64,000 nucleotides of DNA from Amoebophrya sp. A120. Lineage: Eukaryota > Protista > Dinoflagellata. Under the pieces are notes generated by a model. That model did no database searches. It saw only the letters and a program-made list of their open reading frames with translations, and was not told the origin of the DNA. Position 1 is the first letter of the stretch. Each line of letters starts with the position of its first letter. Below, piece by piece: positions 58,927 through 64,000 of this stretch. The translations under genes were made by a program, and so were the position numbers. The DNA lies in assembly GCA_905178155.1 (NCBI GenBank), contig CAJINV010000001.1, positions 667,643 to 731,642 of the forward strand. The letters are read 5' to 3'.

Positions 58927-61573
58927 ATGTCGCTGCTCCGCCGGTTCGCCGACGGCACTTCAGATTTTGGCACTTCCGTCCCATCAGCATCTGCCACAAC
59001 TAAAGCTTCCTCCTTATTGGATAGAGGAGTGGAAGCGTGGGCCGCCGCTTTTGCTCACGGACATGACGGACGAGTTGACGCGCAAGGTCAAGGTGCGAAA
59101 GCTGCCCTAAGTTTGCTGCACCTGGACGGCCACGCGGGGCTGAGCGAAGAGGGCGCGACCCGGGTGCTCCTTGGCACGGCGCTGACCTGTTCCGTACTCG
59201 CCGCCGTCGTGACGCAACGGCAGCTGGTGAAAAGTACCGTTTCGTCCTGTCTTTTCGGAAAGAGTCCCGTTCCTGGGGAGGGAGGTGAAGAAGAGGAAAA
59301 TGACCAACTCAAGAAATCGACCGCACCGACGGGGACAGTCTTAATGAATCAAACGACTGTGACATCACCTCCTGTCGATGTTGTTGACACCAGTACTAGC
59401 AAAAGCGCGCGCGAGAAAGAGACCACCGCGGTGTGCGCGTTGAAGTGGCGCTACGTGGTCGCGTTTTGGCTGGCGACCGGGGCCGACTGGCTACAGGGCC
59501 CGTACGTGTATGCGCTGTATGACGCGTATGGGCTGACGCACTACCAGAACTCCGTCCTGTTCATTTTCGGATTTGGCAGCTCCATGCTGTTTGGCGCACT
59601 GTTCGGCGGGTGGGCGGACCAGAGTGGGAGACGAATATCCAGGAAAAAAAGTGTGTAAGTGTAACTTTCTTTGAGAAACAGAATCACAAATTTGCTCTAC
59701 ATGACAGAGAAAACCTGTCATGCGTGGCTTGAAAGGGAAAACACAGTTAAAAAGAGGACTTCGTGGCTGTCTGGCATGACAGGTGTAACTTTGTTGCATG
59801 TTCTACAACACAAATTTACACTTAGCTTACACAGTTTTTTTCTTGCATAACGAAAATTCGCCCTGTACTACTGCCTCCTCTACGGCCTCTATCAAATGCA
59901 AAAGTGTCTGGGTCTGGAAGATTGCAACTTGTCATGCTAAATCTGCAGCATGCAAAAATCTGTGTTGCATGATTACCAAAAGTCGGCCAGTTTTGACCAA
60001 GTCGGGAGAGAGTTTCTCATGCAGGATGGGCATTAGAAAGGTCTCGCAGAATCTGTCATGCTAGGTCCTGCATTCAAGACCTCAGGGGTCATGGAAAAGC
60101 AGCATGACAAATCGCGCACTCTTCCAGACCCAGACATTCTTGCATTTGATAGCCTCGGCTGCGCGACCAAGCACTTCGCGAACTTCTACGTGCTGGCGCT
60201 GGGGCGGGTGCTCGCCGGCATCGCGACCAGTCTGTTGTACTCCGTATTTGAGTGCTGGCTCGTGTGCGAGGTCTATTCGGAAAAAGCGATCCGCAACAAG
60301 GACGACGCGCTCGCGGACGTCTTCAGCCTCGCGATCTTCGGCAACTCTATCGTCGCGATTCTGATGGGCTTCTTGGCGGAGTCCGCCGCCAATTTGTTCC
60401 CTCTCGTGAAACTCGCGGACTTTCCGTCCGTGGATTTGTACGCGGGCCACTACTGCATGCCGTTCGACCTGTCGGCGTTTTTTCTGCTGGTCACGGCGGC
60501 TTTCTTGTCGCTGTGTTGGACGGAAAACTACGGGTCTGGAAAGGAGCAACGGGTTCTGTCCGAGGAGGAAAAAACACTTCCGAACGAGAAAACCGCATTG
60601 CTGGCCAAGGCGCAGCGCCAGAGCGGAGAGAACAAGGACCACAGTAGTGACTATACCGTTTCGTCCGGCGATTCGGACGCGCCCACGAAAGCCGACACGT
60701 CCGACACCGGCAGTAACAGCAGCGGGGCAGGAGCTCGTCCTGCAAGTATCAATAACACAGCGATTGAATTCCGCGAGCAAGAGGAGGCGGACCACGAAAA
60801 GCAAATAGCGCATCCAGGCGGACCCTCCTCCTCCTCCGCCGCGGATCATGGCAGTGCTGGGGCGCTGCTGGAGGCGTTCGAGGTCTTGTGTACGAACCGG
60901 AAAGTGCAGTGCACGATGCTGCTGTGCAGTTTCTTCGAGTCCAGCATGTTCATCTTCGTGTTTCTGTGGACGCCGGCGGTGATGGCCTTGCACCCGAACG
61001 AGAAGACGCACCCCTTCGGCCTGATTTTCGCCCTGTTCATGACGGGCTGCATGCTGGGCTCCTGCGTGTTCCAGATTCTGCGCAACGACTGCAAGTTTTC
61101 GGTCTTGCAAATCGCAGGCGGACTCTTCGCGGGGTCCGCAGTCATGCACTTCCTCGCGGCCGGTCTGGTCACGGAGTTTGTGCACCTGACGGCGAGCTTT
61201 GTGGTCTTCGAAATCTGCGTCGGGGCGTACTGGCCGATGATGAGCATTCTGAAGGGTCGCGTGGTCCCCGAGCCCCACCGGGTATGCATTGGAAATATGT
61301 TTCTGGGTCCCGTCTTCTGGAAAATCTGTGATGCGAGATCTGTGATGTCATACAAGATTCAGCAGGGCAAGTCGCGTGATTTTATCCAGACTCAGGCATA
61401 TTTGCATTTGATACCGCGCGGCGCTGTACAACTTCTTCCGCGTGCCGCTGAACTTCATCGTTTGCGGGATTTTGCTGCTCGACGTCTCCGTGACTACCGG
61501 CTTCTTGTTCACCAGCGGACTCCTGGTCTCCAATCTGTTCCTTCTTTTACGCAAAGTGAAAAAATGTGTGTAA
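58927..61573 (+). CDS. MFSD5/MOT2-family MFS transporter (molybdate-anion transporter-like; exons 58927-59635, 59855-59889, 60157-61282, 61419-61573)
   Basis: ADWLQGPYVYALY, GRVLAGIATSLLYSVFECWLV, FESSMFIFVFLWTP, VPEPHR|AALYNFFRVPLN; the family motifs are restored by removing 3 introners. Confidence 0.92.
59636..59849. mobile_element. Introner family G (inverted relative to 54425)
   Basis: TATCCAGGAAAAAAAGTGTGTAAG / CTTACACAGTTTTTTTCTTGCATA, DR ACGAA, joins GRR|KFAL. Confidence 0.9.
59890..60151. mobile_element. Introner family A (inverted relative to 14554)
   Basis: Family A TIRs, DR GCCTC, joins YGL|GCATKHF. Confidence 0.92.
61283..61413. mobile_element. Short introner, family A
   Basis: 131 bp, family A TIRs, DR CCGGG/CCGCG. 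Confidence 0.88.
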
Positions 61574-62860
61574 TGTGCTAGATGTAGTTTGGGTATAGGG
61601 TGAGGAAAGTCGAAGGATAAGTACCCATCGTAGTAGTTCTGCTGGGCTATTATGCTGAGACTGTCTACAACTCTCTCATATGGTACTTCGATGCTTCGCA
61701 AAAGCTGCGGATCAGCACACTAGAGACACTTTTTTTCTTGCATACCAGTACGCGCTCAAGCAGGAAATGGACCGCGACAACGAAAAAATCGGAGAGAGGC
61801 CAGCTGCGTAATGCTCAAAGGAGGCTTTTCAACCGCTTTTACTTTTAGGTTTCCGCTGGTTTTTGTGAACAGTAAAGAGAGTCTAAGATCAAGAGCAAGA
61901 CTTGTTCTGCAGGATGATGGTGAAAGCGGTATCACGGCTGCTAGCATGCTACAGGAACCTTTTTTTCGTCACTGCTTGGTTATATGAATTATGCGCGCGT
62001 AATGTTACGTAAGAAGGACTTTCCCGGGTCTGTCACAGAGCAATTATCTTTATCCCTAGTGCAGAGAGCACAAGAAAAATACCAATTATCGAGGACCTAT
62101 GTCTTTTGAAACGGTCTGGCTTCGCAAATTTTAAAAATTCGGAGCTAGGTAAAGAACATTTTAGGATCAAACTCACTTCTTCGAAAAAAATGGCGAGGGT
62201 CGTGATTTTGAAACAAGCATGATCGTTCTCGAATGGCGCAGCTGCAAGGAGGTGTCAGTCCAACGCTCCACCGGGTTCTTTCCATAGTCTGTGTAAGTAC
62301 CAGCTGCGGTTTCCGTTTTTATCTTCAGTCTCAGACCAACGATGATGATGAAAGAACGATAAACATGAAGAAGCGTTGATCCTGTTGCGCTTGCGCTACT
62401 ACTAACAGTTCAGAAAAAATCCTTCGCCATTTTCGTTTATCGTATTCGTTGCTGGGGTCGTCTATTCGTGTATGGTGGATGAATCACTTGCAGTTGCAGT
62501 ACTCTTTGGGTCGTTCCAGTTTTGAATTCGTTAAAGCAAGTTGCTGTGGGCAAACATCACGGTCGGTTAAGAAGCAATGAGCGCACAAATACAACTGTAT
62601 GTATACGAGTGCATTTGCTTACTTTGCTTCGTGGATACGCGTGCATAGACCTGATAAGTATCTTTATCGCCTTCCAGATTTAGCCTTTCTCGCCTTGCTG
62701 GTTTTTTTCAAATTGAGTGGCCTGATCGGCGCACCACGTTTTGTGTTATTTTAGACTTACGTTTTGCTTTTGTTCAAAATGTTCGGCGTTTCGTGATTAA
62801 CGCACTTATCGTCACCTCCGTCGTGGTCCGACAGGTTTCTCTCGTTGCAGCTACGAGAAG

Positions 62861-64000
62861 ATGCTTCGTTCTCGGCAAGATCATTTTCCGCAATCAACGA
62901 GTCTTCTCTCGCGGCAGATTTCGGCCCCGGTGCAACCTGGACAAGTTAGCCAGCCAACCCTTAATGGTGGGTACACAAGTTATGCAGCCGGAGGCGCCGG
63001 AGCGTGTTTCAACACTACTACGCAGAGTAGCAGTAGTAGTACCTCCGCTGTGCGGCTGCAGTCCCAGCCACTGCAGATGCCAGGGACGACGGGGTTCCAG
63101 CCCCCGCCTCATTGGGGCGCGCAGTCAATCACCACTCCTCGCGTGATGCTGCTCGGCGCTACAACCAGTGCAGGTAAAAACACCAGCCTTGGTACTATGC
63201 AGGAACCTGTGCCGGAGGACCGGCCGTTGCACTTTGACGGAACATCAAACCACGCACCCTTGCTGTTCAACGCGGAGCCCGGAGCCGTGCCACTGCAATA
63301 TCAGGGGAACAAGGCGACAGCAAGGACCACGAATAGAAACTCTAATGCCAGTGTCCAGATGAGAAATTCGAACTCGTCTAACTTAGACAAGCACCCGGGT
63401 ATGGATCAGTTTATGGAGGTGGATGAGGACACTTACAACTTCTGGCGCCCCTCCGAGCAGTCTTCCGTTCCCCGTTACATGGCCCCGCGCCGGAAAGATG
63501 TGTCGTCCTCGACGACCCCGAGGAAAGCCAGAGGGAGCAGGACGAGCCCACGCGGGGTCGTACTAGACGCCGACCGCGAAGCACCGGACCAGGATGGTGT
63601 TACAAACCGGGCGACCCGCAACAAGACCCCGCCACCAAAAACTACTTCGCAATCCGCACGACAACCCCGCAGCGCGCGAGCCAAGACCCCACCGCCCAGT
63701 ACTGGTAGCGCAACTAAAACTGATACCGCAGTTGTGGAGCAGCTCGACACAACACCGAAATCTGCAACCCCGTCGAAAACGCCCACGGAGGGGAGCAGCG
63801 CGGCCGGGTTCTTGCAGAACTTGAGCACGCGCAACGTGCCGCACATCGCCGTGTTGCGGGAGTTGCGGGAGGCGCAATTGGAGCTGAAAAAGATGGGGGA
63901 AGAACTTCAAGCGAAGGAGGAGACAGCGCGGCACCTGAAACAGAAGGCCGACAACTACCGCAACAACCACACGAGACTCGTGCAGGAGAATGCGCGGCTG
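62861..64000 (+). CDS. 5' part of a hypothetical Ser/Thr-rich coiled-coil protein (runs off the window)
   Basis: Stop-free frame from ATG 62861 to the window end (..LRELREAQLELKKMGEELQAKEE..); absent from the ORF track, probably because it has no stop in the window. Confidence 0.75.
   Translation, partial: MLRSRQDHFPQSTSLLSRQISAPVQPGQVSQPTLNGGYTSYAAGGAGACFNTTTQSSSSSTSAVRLQSQPLQMPGTTGFQPPPHWGAQSITTPRVMLLGATTSAGKNTSLGTMQEPVPEDRPLHFDGTSNHAPLLFNAEPGAVPLQYQGNKATARTTNRNSNASVQMRNSNSSNLDKHPGMDQFMEVDEDTYNFWRPSEQSSVPRYMAPRRKDVSSSTTPRKARGSRTSPRGVVLDADREAPDQDGVTNRATRNKTPPPKTTSQSARQPRSARAKTPPPSTGSATKTDTAVVEQLDTTPKSATPSKTPTEGSSAAGFLQNLSTRNVPHIAVLRELREAQLELKKMGEELQAKEETARHLKQKADNYRNNHTRLVQENARL

Noticed and set aside
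8252-61278. Long minus-strand ORFs (e.g. 8252-9211, 11784-12833, 23858-24661, 50329-51243, 60082-61278)
   Set aside because: Antisense shadows of GC-rich + strand CDSs, and some run through introner sequence
3665-61413. Recurring peptides such as SNANMSGSG, FQTQTYLHLI, CKNVWVWK and LPDPDIFAFD as a protein domain
   Set aside because: These are six-frame translations of the family A TIR, not protein sequence
11716-61573. Fragmented ORFs as pseudogenes or as evidence of an alternative genetic code
   Set aside because: Frames and conserved motifs are restored once the elements and canonical introns are removed, and the stops fall inside the removed segments

Overview
Eukaryotic, gene-dense window. 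All ~15 reconstructed genes lie on the + strand. The architecture best fits a parasitic dinoflagellate such as Amoebophrya (inference: non-canonical, inverted-repeat 'introner' introns are described from that lineage). The dominant feature is 37 non-autonomous elements of about 130-340 bp in at least 7 terminal-inverted-repeat (TIR) families. Almost all start TA(T) and end ATA, and 36 are flanked by a 5-bp direct repeat (DR; 28 perfect). 36 of 37 interrupt coding sequence, and removing the element plus one DR copy restores the reading frame without needing GT-AG ends. Four sub-families occur in both orientations inside same-strand genes, so removal appears orientation-independent. Three larger insertions sit in or between introners, one with a 41-bp exon duplication, telomere-like inverted ends and a 39-bp hairpin array. 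Genes: AK7-like (Dpy-30) 3' end, F-box/Neuralized protein, ureidoglycolate-lyase-like membrane protein, two tandem 16x-TSP1 membrane adhesins, GT34 glycosyltransferase, phosphatidylserine decarboxylase, thioredoxin-domain protein, MFSD5-type transporter and several hypothetical proteins. No transposase, rRNA, tRNA or CRISPR array was recognised. All splice models are manual reconstructions without RNA evidence.
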